Position numbers and translations under genes: made by a program. 64,000 nt of DNA from Antedon mediterranea (taxonomy: Eukaryota > Animalia > Echinodermata), in contig NC_092673.1 in the NCBI RefSeq assembly GCF_964355755.1, positions 1,178,001 through 1,242,000 on the forward strand. Direction: 5' to 3'. Within the stretch, counting starts at the first letter, position 1; every line of letters begins with the position of its first letter. This document shows positions 50,801 to 63,544 of the stretch, one piece after another. The notes under the pieces are model-generated. The model saw only the letters and a list, made by a program, of their open reading frames with translations, ran no database searches and was not told the DNA's origin.

Positions 50801-53800
50801 ACAGAAGGTATGACGAATATTTAGCATTCATTGATTTTTTCAGTATTCATTACTTGATCTTTAGTTTCAGGTTGTTCGCTCACACAGCAAAGCAATATTT
50901 AAGTATGATGATAAACTTTAAGCAAAAAAAAGTTTCCCTGGAAAGACCAAAAAAGCTCAAGAAGCTACACTATCAAACTTTATGTGACAAAAAAATATGA
51001 TGTGCCCATATATGGACATGCATGATGATGTCATATCACTACCATATTTAAGCATATCACTACCATATTTGTGATATAGTTTATAATTTGAGTGGGTACA
51101 TATGCGAACTGCCTTCTTTGAAGTTTGAACAGTTTAAAATGATTATTTTTACAGGATTATTATTAAGGCAGGTAGCCACAGAACCTACACTAGACCAATA
51201 CGGTGTTATTGTGATTGATGAAGTACATGAACGGCATATTCACACAGACTTTCTGCTGGGTGTTCTCAAAGCCATTGTACAGCAAAGAGATGACCTCAAG
51301 GTTGTTCTTATGTCAGCCACTATCAACATCAACCTCTTCTCAAATTATTTTGATAATGCACCGGTTCTACAGGTTAGGCCTATATGTATTTGTAACTAAC
51401 TACTTGTTTGTTCTCCTCGCTCCTTAGGAGTATAGAAATTAGTTTTATTTCTATACTTAGGTCACTAGGGTCATCAGGGGCAGATCAGACAAGTATCTGT
51501 GGTATGAAACTCCATGCATTAATTATTAAAACCTATTCGGCCTCATTTTGAGTACTTTTAATAATTACTGTATAATATTATATACATTTACTTAATACCT
51601 ATTCACACCGAGTGTCCCATAAGGCTACAAGATGCTCTCTCCAGTCAATTCTGTTTCTAGCTTTAACTTTAGGAATGATCTCCAGCCTAATCTATCTCTT
51701 TCCTTCTCCACTGTGCGCTTCCAGGTTGACCCAAACAACACTTCCTTCTGGTATCCATGTTAATGCAGTCATACAATGGCATTCAGGAGTATTTCTCAGA
51801 ACATGACCTATCCAGTTCCATCTTCTCATTATATACAGTAATTACTGTTTAAATTTGCTTGGTCTAAACTGTTGTTTTGTTATTTTTGATTGGCAGGTTC
51901 CCGGTAGACTTTACCCAATTACATTAGAGTATGTTCCTATACGTGAAGAGGTTTGTATTCCAGCATATATCGTAAATTTTATTTAGATTTTGGAATTGTA
52001 ATTTGGTTTACTCTATTGTTTTTATTATAGATACTGTACATTAAATCAATGTATAAAAGCCCCATTAAAAATTATTTTAAAAATTCTATTTATAGGAGAT
52101 GACAAGTCGGGTGGAACGACTTGACCCACGACCTTACCTCAGAATAATGCAGCGAATCGAACACAAGTATCCAACAACAGAGCGTGGTGATCTGTTGGTA
52201 TTTTTAAGTGGTATGTCAGAGATAGCTAGTGTTGTAGAGGCAGCAAAGATGTATGCTAGTAAAACAAAGAGATGGATAGTGCTACCGTTGCACAGTACGC
52301 TCTCAATAGCTGAGCAAGATAAGGTTAGTATGTACTAAAGAATGCCTTAGGTGGGACTTGAACCCATGACCTCCAGATCACTAGTCTGTCACTCACACCT
52401 CGACACCACCAAGGGTGGTATTTAAGCCTGACTAAATCATAAATAACTACTGCAAGTGGCATCAGGAGCTATTAGTAATTGGTCAGATGTTTGTCCTACC
52501 TAATTAAGCTAAGTACATATTGAGAATGCTTGAAAAATTGTTATCTATTGAATAAAGAATAAGTTCAGCCAATGATTTGACAGTAAGATATATAAACATC
52601 TATAAATAAAATAAATCATAAAATATGTTAATTGTGTATTAAATTAAGGTGGCCCTAAATTCATGATAATACTTGAATTATTCTTGTAGGTATTTGATGT
52701 TGCACCTGAGGGCGTCAGGAAATGCATAGTGTCAACAAATATTGCAGAAACGTCGGTAACAATAGATGGTGTTCGCTTTATTGTAGATTCTGGCAAGGTA
52801 TGTATACCAACTAAATATATACGCCACTCATCTTTGATTAATTTAGAGTGTAAATATCATGAGGTGGTTTCCCGAATGATTGTACGATCAAAACGGTACT
52901 GGGTATGATCAACTAGCGTTTGTGTTCCCACCTAAATATCCATTCAAAGAAGTACTGATGAAGAAGTCAATCTGTGGCGACAATAGAATGGACCTGAGAC
53001 CTGACTGGTTCTTGAAGGCTAATCATTGTAAAGTATTATATGTACATTTTTCTTGTTTTTGTGATTGTTTTCAAGGTAAAAGAGATGAGTTATGACTCTA
53101 AGGCCAAGATGCGTAAACTGAAAGAATTTTGGATCAGCAGAGCAAGCGCTGAGCAGCGAAAAGGACGGGCAGGTAAGAAATGAGAAAGAATACAGAAAAA
53201 GTATTAAGCTCGTCTACACTATCAAACTAGTTTGACAAAAGTATGATGTGCCAAAATATGGTAGTGATATTGCCAAATATGGTAGTGATATAAATAGAAG
53301 CTGTTTTAGGGATATGAAAGAACTTGTCTTATACCAACCCCTAAACAAAAAGACTACTCACCTTTTTGTCTGTTGTCAAATTAAATCAATAACAATATTA
53401 GTTGTTGTTGTTACTTCCAGGTAGAACTGGTCCTGGGATTTGTTTCAGGCTGTATGATGAACCTGATTATGAGGAATTTCAAGATTACACCACCCCAGAG
53501 ATTCACCGTGTTCCCCTTGACTCTATTCTACTACAGATGATAGCAATGGGTCTACCAAATGCTAGACAGTAAGAAGTTTTATATCTCAATTTGTAAACTT
53601 TCTGCTTTGTAAATAATAACTTAATTATTAATATTAGACAACCGTAATGCTAGACTCTTAAATATGGACTCGATCACTTTTGATGGTTACGCCATATTTA
53701 ATTCATAGTTTTTATGTAAACAAAGTTTGAGTTTGTTACTTTTTTATTTATTTATAACAAAATATTTATTTATTTTGTAATTGAGAGTACCCACTCCTGT

Positions 53801-56800
53801 GTTGGCCCATGGTTTAATCTTGAGTTACAAATTTTCAACAAATAAATAAATATAACCAAATTAAAAGTTCCACTGTATTTAAACAAATAATAGTGATTTT
53901 GTATTTAATGATTTTGTTGATATTTTGAAAGGTTTCCATTCATTGAGCCACCTCCTGCATCAAGCGTTGAGAATTCATTGGCATTCCTCAAAGAGCAAGA
54001 CACGCTGACAGACAATGAACAATTGACAGCCATTGGTTCAATGTTAGCTAAGCTACCAGTAGATGTTGTCATTGGAAAGATGCTTATAATGGGCACTGTC
54101 TTTAAGGTATGTGATGATAACACTCGCACCTTTTAAAAGCAAACAGTTCATTATTCAACTTATAAATGTATAATATATACTTCAAACAATAAGTAGAAAA
54201 GATTTAATTTGAAAGCAACTTTTTTAATAATCAGCCTTGTATTTTTGTTTATAGATGATTGATCCTATACTGTGTATTGCAGCATCGTTAAGCATACAAT
54301 CTCCATTTACAAGTAAAGCCCATTCAAACCAAGACGCTATGGTAAGTTGAAATCTGGTTTTCCACTAGACAAATTTATTTGTGTGAATCGAAAGTGCTCA
54401 CTAATGTTTTTTTGTGATGTTGAGAAATGTGCAACCAATCATAACTTGGAACACAAAGGACTTCCGTAAGCGATCACGTTGAGAAAGATCATCCCAACTT
54501 TCACTTGTGATTGGTCAACTCACTTGCATTGCCTCAGCGTCGTTAGGTTGCGTCAAAGCTTAAAATTTAATGTTACACCATTTATTTCATTTGCAGGCTG
54601 CAAGACGACCTCTAGAGTCTGATCATGGCGATCCTTTTACTCTCCTGAATGCTTATGATGAATGGGTTCAGGTAAATGTTATGATATTCAAATAATATAA
54701 CCAAAGCTCTGTTTACACAAATCAATCAAATCAAAAAAAGTTTGATGTGCCCAAATATGGTAGTGATATGACATCATCATGTCCATATATGGGCACATCA
54801 CATTTTTTTGTCACATAAAGTTTGATAGTGTAAACAGAGCTTAAAACAAGGATTTAATTAATTATGTTTTGCAGATAATATTTTTACTTTGCCAATTCAA
54901 TATGCGACTTCTATTCCTTACTAGATTAAAGGAGAACGTGGAAACAACTCACGTAAATGGTGCCGTAGACGAGGTCTTGAGGAACAGAGGTTCTATGAGA
55001 TGTCCAAACTTGTCAAGCAATTCAACAATTTATTAACAGTAAGCTATTAAAATTAAAAGTGCTTATTTTGCAGTTTATGATCTTTTTTTGTTGTTACTTA
55101 TAAAGTTATTCCTTCGTAGGATTATGGGTTGGTAAAGAAAAGAGCTCCAAATGCCAGTGAGTTGACCAGTTACGGTCGACAACAAAAACATAGAGATCGT
55201 AAAAAACTAAGAACACTGAAAAGACAGCATCAGGGAACAAGAAGAAGACGGAAGTTCTTGCGTTTGGAGGATGAGGTAAAATCAATTTTCTTCATACATT
55301 TTTATTTAGGTTAAGAGTAATTAATAAGAACTTTCTATATCTTATTTCTATCCATGTATTATTTCTATCTCATTAACGCTGACAAAGAAATAGTGTTTTC
55401 CAAAAGCTCTGCAATTTCTTTCTGGATGTGTTGGGGGGGGGGGGGGGGTAGGTTTGTAAATATCAGGCCACTGTTTAGTTTTTCTTATTATTATTACATT
55501 TTTATTATTATTGTTGTAAATTTTAATGTTAGCATTGTAATGTGGTTTTAGTACATTTTAATTGTAGATCGCACATTCATTTAGAAGTGTGCCACTGTTA
55601 CAAACAGTGTATGTTCAAATAAATAATTTTTATTTATCTTGTAGGATGTAGAAGCTAGTGATGCGGAAGATAATGATAATCCAGAGAGTAACATTGCTGA
55701 TTTAGAATTTAAACTATCAAATGATTTGAATCAGTTACAGGTTTGTTTACTGGCATTTATCAAATTGATTTTGTTGTACGTAGGTTAGACCATAGAGACC
55801 AACAACAGGGGTTGCATGGACTAGTACACCGGGATAACCCTATACTCCTCTGGAAGATGTACTGGGTTCTTTAAAGTGTACATGAGCCAGATGTGTACAC
55901 TCGACCTCCAGTTGTAAGTCCTTATCCGAGAAGACTTGTTCTACCACCAGAACAATGGTCGAGGAGTGACTTGAACCTGTGCCGTTTGGATAGATATGGT
56001 TTGCGGCGCCCCCTGTCACTCAACTCAAAGTTTTTCAACTAAAATATGCATTTATTTTTACACTATTTTAGGAATCAGCGAACGTAACAAGGAGTTTTAC
56101 ACTAGGTGATATAAACCTGTTGAAGGTTATCTTGTGCAGTGGTCTGTATCCACAACTAGCTATAGCTGATGAATGCAACTCATATAGGAAAGACATGGAT
56201 CAGGTCTTCCATACAAAAGTAAGTGTTTTCCGGTTTATTTCAAATGCTTTGATCTTTTGTCAAAATCAAAGATGCCTGTTATAGAGTAATCATTGCATTT
56301 AGTCTTGTATAGGTATAAAATTTCATCTGGTTTCAAAATAATATTGTATAAAAAGTTAAAATTTCTAACTAAAATAACTAACTAATTATAAAGTAATCAC
56401 TTCCCACGTTTCGGTTATTTTCAGTAGCCTTGGTCACGCAAATGACTTCTTTCGTTCGTCAGGGCTCAGTGATTCGCACCATCACTTGGCTGATGTTCGG
56501 CTTTCTGTCAATTTAACATGTTCTTAAAAAAGTTTCATCCTCATAGAGAAGAAGAAACCTTGTTTTAAATTTGATAACTGAATGATGATTACAAATGATG
56601 GCCATATGCTATTGTGTTTATTTTTCAGTTTTACAAACATTTATCTGTATGGTTTGTTCTACTCTCTGTACACATGTCCAGCATTTTATGTTGCCAAGCC
56701 ATGGCCGATCTTTGCCCATGTCCAGCATTTTATGTTGCCAAGCCATGGCTGTTCTTTGCCCAATTCCATATCATTTCTTTTCTCTCTAGTCTGTTGTGTC

Positions 56801-59800
56801 TGATATGATGTATAATAGAATATTCCCTTTTCCTAATACAGTAGTGTTATATGTTTGCCATTTCTAACACTTGTTTGTTTACAATTAGGCTAAGCCGTTT
56901 GTATTACTGCATCCAACCGGAGTGTTTGCCACAAATCCAGATGTCCTTGAACCACCAACTGCTGATGATGAGTCCAATACCAAGGATGTGTTTAGTCACA
57001 AACACCAACTACTAGCATTTGTGTAAGTTTGATTTTTCATTTATCAGCGTTATTAAGATTAACTTAAACTAAAGCTATCAAACAACAGGACACTACGCTT
57101 TCCTAGATCAAATGGAAAGGTTTTGGAAGCTGATACAATGCCCTGCCCCTATACGTTATCAAATGGAAAGGTTAGGAAGCTGATACAATGCCCTGCCCCT
57201 ATACGTTATCAAATGGAAAGGTTAGGAAGCTGATACAATGCCCTGCCCCTATACGTTTGATTGATTTGCCAAGCAAGCTCAGTGCCCTGTTGTTTGATTA
57301 CCTTGCTTAAACACTCAGAAACTGAGCGAAATCCAACAGAGGAATTTAATATTTTGGCCCATATTTTGAAGATACTGATAACTCAAAATTTAAATAAACT
57401 TTTGTGACTTAATTCACCAATATACCAAGCATGATCTGTTGTTGGTCTATATATCTCAATTCAGGATGAATTGTTTACGTTACTCTACAATTCTGTAAAT
57501 ACACACAAACATACAAAGACATATAAATATGTAACAATTTGTTGTATGTGCTATGCAATGATTGTTGTTTATTTACTGTAGGTCACTGTTGGAAACCACC
57601 AAACCATACCTGGTCAACACCCTGCGAGTACCTGCCCTGCAGACCATGTTACTATATTCTCATAGTATAGATACAAACACAGATTATACAAGGTAATTAA
57701 TGAACTCTACCCAAACTGGTCTTCTTAAGCTCTGTCTACACTATCAAACTTTATGTGACAAACAAATATGATGTGCCCATATATGGACATGATGATTTTA
57801 TATGGAAATATGATGTGCCCATTTGTCAAACTAGTTTGATAGTGTAGACTCGGATATCACATAAAATAACAAATATGATGTGCCCATTTGTCAAACTAGT
57901 TTGATAGTGTAGACTCGGATATCACATAAAATAACAAATATGATGTGCCCATTTGTCAAACTAGTTTGATAGTGTAGACTCGGATATCACATAAAATAAC
58001 AAATATGATGTGCCCATTTGTCAAACTAGTTTGATAGTGTAGACTCGGATATCACATAAAATAACAAATATGGTGTGCCCATTTGTCAAACTAGTTTGAT
58101 AGTGTAGACTCGGATATCACATAAAATAACAAATATGATGTGCCCATTTGTCAAACTAGTTTGATAGTGTAGACTCGGATATCACATAAAATAACAAATA
58201 TGGTGTGCCCATTTGTCAAACTAGTTTGATAGTGTAGACTCGGATATCACATAAAATAACAAATATGATGTGCCCATTTGTCAAACTAGTTTGATAGTGT
58301 AGACTCGGATATCACATAACTCACATTAACTTTGTTTTAGTCAGTGTGTAAAATAAAGTAAGTAAAAATGTTACTTTTCTTTCTTTCTTTGGTGACTAAT
58401 TCCATCTTATAAGATAAAGAATAAAATCTTACTTTTTCACTTAAACACACTTAATGGTCCATCTTAAGTGGTCTCTTGTAAGACTCTTTTCTGGATTTTT
58501 ATATCTTATTATCTGTACCTGTTGAAATTAATTAAAGTTACCTTATAACGGATTCTCATTATTGTCTATTTGAAAGGGTTGTGGCTGATGACTGGATAGA
58601 GTTTAAGTTCCAGACAGGGGACGATGCTCAGTACATGATCTCATCAGTTGTCCAGTTAAGGGACTCTTGGCAGAAGCTGTTGAATATGAGATTGAATGGT
58701 AAATATTATAAACCCTTGTTTTTAAGCATACTTTTGATGTATTTTATCACTTAATTTTTTAATGTATTTTATATGTATAATTGCCAAAGAAAAGTTTAAG
58801 TTTCCAGTTTAAGCTTGGTTCCCACTAGCGATGCAACGCAATTAGATTAGACCAATCACAAGCGATGGATTATTCGAACAGTGGCTTGTCATTGGTCAAC
58901 TCTCTTGTGTTGCGTCTCTAGTGGGAATCACGCTTTGTTAACGAATAAATAATCTTGAATCTTGTTTCTTTTCTGCCAGACACGACAGGTTCAAGTGTAG
59001 ACAAGGAGCCTGTTAATGTTGCCCTACTACAGCTTGAGAGACAGCTTGCTGACAAGCTTGTCAGATTCTTGGAATCTAATATCAAGTATACAATGAGAAA
59101 ATTAGCTGGCGCTGAGCTACAACACCTCCATATCGGTCCTACAGAAGGTATACTGGTCCTTTACTTTATAACATTAAAAACAAATAATAATTTGGTGGCT
59201 TATATCCTTTTCACATCTGCATAAATTGTTACAACTTGTAACCAGTTGTAACAATTTGTAACCCAATTTAATCTCCCAATTTATTACACATTACAAAAAA
59301 TCTCGAGAGAAAGCATATTTGCACGCTATTTGATTACTCTCATTGGTCAGTTTCATACCTGGATATATACACGCGCACAGTAACAACTCTGGACATCTCG
59401 GAACAAAACAACAGGCCTCTTATCGGTGTGTTTTTATCCCGAGAAAGGAAGGAACCCTGGGATATCTATGAAATTTTTCAACAAAATTGTCATCGCACTA
59501 TGCAAACTTGTTACTTTAAAAGTGTATTAGTTGGAGATTTGATCATCCTCATAGCTGAGCTTGTTACTTTTTGCAGGTGTTAAAAGTGTATTAGTTGGAG
59601 ATTTGATCATCCTCATAGCTGAGCTTGTTACTTTTTGCAGGTGTTAAAAGTGTATTAGTTGCAGATTTGATCGTCCTCATAGCTGAGCTTGTTATCCTTT
59701 ATTGTATTAATTCCTAATTTTCTTGATTTCCTTTTAGAAACTGACACGGACAACTTTTTCGTGTTACAAAGCAAAGATTCTAAGCCACATCCTACCAAAG

Positions 59801-62800
59801 GTGGAACTCAGGTGAACAGTTACCTTACAATTGCCAGGTGAGTTCTCATTTCTAGTTTTCTGAAAATGGATGCAGATTTTGTAGGCTGAATATGACATTT
59901 TTTGTCCACCTTCATTTCTTCTAAGTACGTTATTGTACTGACTTTATTAGCTATACAGTGTCAATTAATTCTTTTCATGATTTCTTCAAAATGAAGATAC
60001 TGTATCCTCTATTACCAAAATGGACCAAATGTGAATTAATGTTTTTTATTTTCTTTTCCCATTGTTATGTTAAATAGCCTTCAAGAAAATGAGAAATCCA
60101 AATTAGGGTTGTATAGCTCAGTATTACGAGAGCATTGGACCTGTCCAAAGTGCAATGAACCCATGATAGTGACGATGGTGGAACGATTAGAACATCAAAG
60201 CCAGTGCAATCAATGTAAGAATCAACTTTATATGGTTTTTTTTTTCAGTTTTTTCCTTCATTGTTTATACATAATATATTTCATGTTTATTATCCTTATC
60301 CCATTTATTCTTTGCGTTAATAAAGTTCTGTCTACACTATCAAACTATCAAATGTGACAAAAAAATGTGATGTGCCCATATATGGACATGATGATGTCAT
60401 ATCACTACCGTATTTGGGCACATCACACTTTTTTTTTTCAAACTAGTTTGATAGTGTAGACAGAGCTTAAAATAATCTTTCACATTACCTAACTCCATCA
60501 GGGTGTCAGCACTGGCATTTTGTATGGTGTGTGTCTGTATAAAGGTCTGTCTACACTACCAAACTTAATATGATGTGCCTATATATGGACATAATGATGT
60601 CATAACACTACCATATTTGGGCGTATCACTATCATATTTGGGCACATCACACTTTTTTGTTTAAACTAGTTTGATAGTGTAAATAGAGCTTAATACTCTT
60701 TCACATCGTAACACTGGCATTTCATGTGGTGTGTGTCTGTATGACAAATAAGACCGTATAAAAATAAAGGGAAACAATAAAGTATAATAAAGGAATGCAA
60801 TCTTGTGAAGGGACCACTGTGAAATATTATGCTGCCGGCCATCCCTAGTATACAAATGTATTATTATTTATTCAATCCAATATACTGTACTAATATACCA
60901 ATATACTGTACTAATATACCAATATACTGTACTAATATACCAATATACTGTACTAATATACCAATATACTGTACTAATATACCAATATACAGTACTAATA
61001 TACCAATATACAGTACTAATATACCAATATACAGTACTAATATACCAATATACTGTACTAATATACCAATATACTGTACTAATATACCAATATACTGTAC
61101 TAATATACCAATATACTGTACTAATATACCAATATACAGTACTAATATACCAATATACAGTACTAATATTATACAGATATTGACTGCTTAGAGGTTAAAT
61201 ATAAGATTTGACATCCACGAGGGAATGATATTAAGTTCGAGGGAATATATATTTCCCGAAGCGCCAGCTGAGGGAAATATATATTCCCCGAGAACTTAAT
61301 ATCATTCCCGAGGGGATGTCAAATCTTATATTTAACCGATATAAAAGGCAATATCTGTTATATTATATAGCCAAGAACAAGTCTGCTGGGTTGGGTGAAG
61401 CTAGGCTAGCTAGGCCTCCTATAGTATTTGTATTGTATTTAAAACAAGCCTGCCTAGACACCTTACCTTGCGAAGAATAATATACAGATAATTACTAATT
61501 GATGATTCCTTGGCAATAAAATATTCACTTAGGCCTAGGTCGTTTAAATTAACAGAAGAATTTCCATCAATAAGCCTATTAATAATAATATTATAATCAG
61601 GTAGGCCGAATAAACAATTCGTCTTCTCTCGATCTTCGAGGAGCCGAATCACCGGATGTTCAGCGCGTACTAGTTACTAGGTTACTACCGTGAGTATTGA
61701 CCAATCACAAACGGTGTTTCATCACATTTAGGGTGGACTTATAACAAATGAGGGCGCTATGTATGCATAGCTTAAATAGTTTAGAAGATTAATTTCTTCA
61801 AGCAAATTCCGTGGCCCAGCGGATGAAACGTTGTCTTGCGATGGAGTGACAATTCCACCCGAGTTCAAGATCGAGTAGATGACTTTTGTTTATTTATCGG
61901 CAAACTCGAGTGTTGCACACGAAAATTACACAGTCAATATCATCGTACTCGAGAATTTATATGATTAATGACAGGGGACACGATTATTACGCGAAAATTA
62001 CACAGTCAATATCATCGTTCTCGAGGATATATACGATTTACGATCCTCGCAGCAGTAGTCATGTGATGCAGTTTCAACCAATCACGTTCGCGTATTTACA
62101 TAGGCTATGTAATATACCAATATACTGTACTAATATACCAATATACTGTACTAATACCCCTTTCACACCAAAAGCAAAACTCCGGAGACACTCCGGAGAC
62201 ACCCCGGAGTTGACGTCCCGCTGTTTGGTGTGAAAGGTAAAATCAAGCAACCCCGGAGTTTAAAACTGCGGGGTTGAACAGCTGAACATTCTCCGGAGAG
62301 CGAACTGCGGGGACACCCCGGTGTTTTGGTGTGAAAGGTACCAACATCAAACTCCGGAGTGTTTCGGGTCAAAAGGTCATCCTCACACGATCACTCATTG
62401 CTTTAGTTTTATTTCAAAATACTTTAAATATTTGTACAACATATATAGCGGGTTCAAAAATAATAAGTAGTATCAATAAAACATTATATTACTTCTGAGA
62501 CTTTTGAAAGTAATTATTAAATTAAACATATTATTAATTAAAATGATTCTAATGATCGTCGCTATGTAAACAACCAAAATAGAGGGCGACATTTACAATT
62601 TTATTTTATAAACCCCGGAGTTGCTAGGTTGGTGTGAAAGGGGTATCTCCGGAGTTTCTCGACGTTTTGAATGGTCATAAACCCCGGGGTGTCTCCGGAG
62701 ACACTCCGGAGTTTTGGTGTGAAAGGGGTATAATATACCAATATACTGTACTAATATACCAATATGCTGTACTAATATACCAATATACTGTACTAATATA

Positions 62801-63544
62801 CCAATATACTGTACTAATATACCAATATACTGTACTAATATACCAATATACAGTACTAATATACCAATATACTGTACTAATATACCAATATACAGTACTA
62901 ATATACCAATATGCTGTACTAATATACCAATATACTGTATTATATAACACCTATATAAATTCCTGTCATTTGATTGGACGAATGTGGGTCACATGGCGTG
63001 CAATAGTACGCACTATTCAACGATCGTTAAATAGTACTTTTTGAAACATTTTTGTGTACGAAAAAAAAACGTCTAGATGTTATATAAAACAAATAATGAA
63101 TGTTTTGTATTCGTGTAATGGTACAAATAATGGCACTTGGTGAATGATGAAAGGTTATATCAACTCGGCTTTGCCTCGTTGATATAACCTTTCATCATTC
63201 ACCTCGTGCCATTATTTGTACCATTGCACTCATAAACATTCATTATTTGTATACTAATATACCAATATACTGTACTAATATACCAATATACTGTACTAAT
63301 ATACCAATATACTGTACTAATATACCAATATACTGTACTAATATACCAATATTCCAATTGTTTTCCAGTGCTAGATGAACCAACCGCAGCATCATCAGCC
63401 AATTCTACAACAGTTTCTGGCAACAGTTCTATAAAGAGACTCACAAAAGAATTTCACTGTGAAATCTGCAATAAGGACTTAAATCTCTCCAGTGTTGAGA
63501 TTCTGAAACATAAACGATCCCACAAATCAAAACCTTCAGAATAG
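47897..63544 (+). CDS. DHX34: DEAH-box RNA helicase 34 (NMD factor, SMGL-2 ortholog)
   Basis: Walker [74 protein letters not shown]-terminal CxxC..H-type zinc motifs. 26 coding exons: 47897-48468, 48839-48924, 49482-49559, 50026-50111, 50274-50411, 50618-50807, 51155-51372, 51897-51950, 52096-52323, 52690-52797, 53076-53172, 53421-53568, 53932-54106, 54255-54341, 54597-54671, 54925-55038, 55120-55275, 55645-55740, 56072-56218, 56889-57022, 57582-57692, 58577-58698, 58980-59147, 59738-59837, 60078-60214, 63369-63544. The small exons 2-4 are least certain. Confidence 0.93.
51595..51830 (-). mobile_element. RTE-clade LINE 3' fragment (decayed ORF2 C-terminus)
   Basis: Minus strand reads [27 protein letters not shown], then after a frameshift [15 protein letters not shown]...ARNRIDWR, a typical RTE ORF2 tail. 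Confidence 0.75.
52344..52416 (-). mobile_element. tRNA-derived SINE head / tRNA pseudogene fragment
   Basis: Minus strand has A-box-like TGGTGTCGAGG and B-box GGTTCAAGTCC with tRNA-like spacing, but no clean acceptor stem. Confidence 0.55.
54705..54841. mobile_element. MITE family A copy
   Basis: Both TIRs; right flank TAA. Confidence 0.85.
55826..55980 (-). mobile_element. Deu/Nin-domain SINE, second diverged copy
   Basis: Shares GTCCTTATCCGAGAAGACTTGTT, CCGGG.TAACCC and TGTGTACACT.GACCT with 3100-3250. Confidence 0.7.
57107..57257. repeat. ~50-bp tandem repeat x3
   Basis: ATCAAATGGAAAGGTTAGGAAGCTGATACAATGCCCTGCCCCTATACGTT repeated. Confidence 0.92.
57728..58319. repeat. MITE family A copy whose right end is amplified into a 65-bp minisatellite (x8)
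   Basis: Left TIR at 57728; AGTGTAGACTCGG recurs at 57841, 57906, 57971, 58036, 58101, 58166, 58231 and 58296. Confidence 0.92.
58811..58935. mobile_element. MITE family B (TIR AAGCTTGGTTCCCACTAG / CTAGTGGGAATCACGCTT)
   Basis: TIRs plus internal CCAATCACAAGCGATGGATTATT. Related fragments at about 15045-15123, 15405-15452, 18595-18725, 31530-31585, 40425-40510 and 54350-54560. Confidence 0.7.
59517..59695. repeat. ~64-bp tandem repeat x3
   Basis: TAAAAGTGTATTAGTTGGAGATTTGATCATCCTCATAGCTGAGCTTGTTAC... repeated. Confidence 0.9.
60324..60467. mobile_element. MITE family A copy
   Basis: TIRs with TAA TSD on both sides (60321-60323, 60468-60470). Confidence 0.88.
60543..60690. mobile_element. 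MITE family A copy
   Basis: TIRs with TAA on both sides. Confidence 0.85.
61165..62109. mobile_element. Crypton-like non-autonomous element with ~200-bp terminal hairpin
   Basis: Long inverted repeat 61165-61367 centred on CCCGAAGCGCCAGCTGAGGG; TATAGCC (~61366) / GGCTATG (~62103) inverted pair; CCAATCA motif near the distal end. Family assignment is inferred from architecture. Confidence 0.55.
62155..62730. mobile_element. PIF/Harbinger-like MITE (TIR TACCCCTTTCACACCAAAA)
   Basis: Perfect 19-bp TIRs, TAA on both flanks (62152-62154, 62731-62733), internal C(T/C)CCGGAG repeats. Confidence 0.88.
62940..63252. mobile_element. Crypton-like non-autonomous element with ~165-bp hairpin
   Basis: Inverted repeat about 63087-63252 centred on CTCGGCTTTGCCTCG (the CGAGGCxAAGCCGAG loop recalled from Crypton-type elements); TGATTGG motif at the other end. 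Confidence 0.6.

Larger units (their letters stand above)
60876..63351. repeat. 21-bp minisatellite (TACTAATATACCAATATACTG) in four blocks separated by three transposons
   Basis: Blocks at about 60876-61168, 62110-62154, 62731-62940 and 63252-63351. Confidence 0.93.

Noticed and set aside
52344-52416. Functional tRNA gene
   Set aside because: A/B boxes are present, but no proper acceptor stem or cloverleaf; treated as a SINE head.
60876-63351. CRISPR-like pattern of repeats separated by unique sequence
   Set aside because: Repeats are contiguous tandem units, the intervening sequences are 0.3-0.9-kb transposons, the context is a eukaryotic intron and there are no cas genes.
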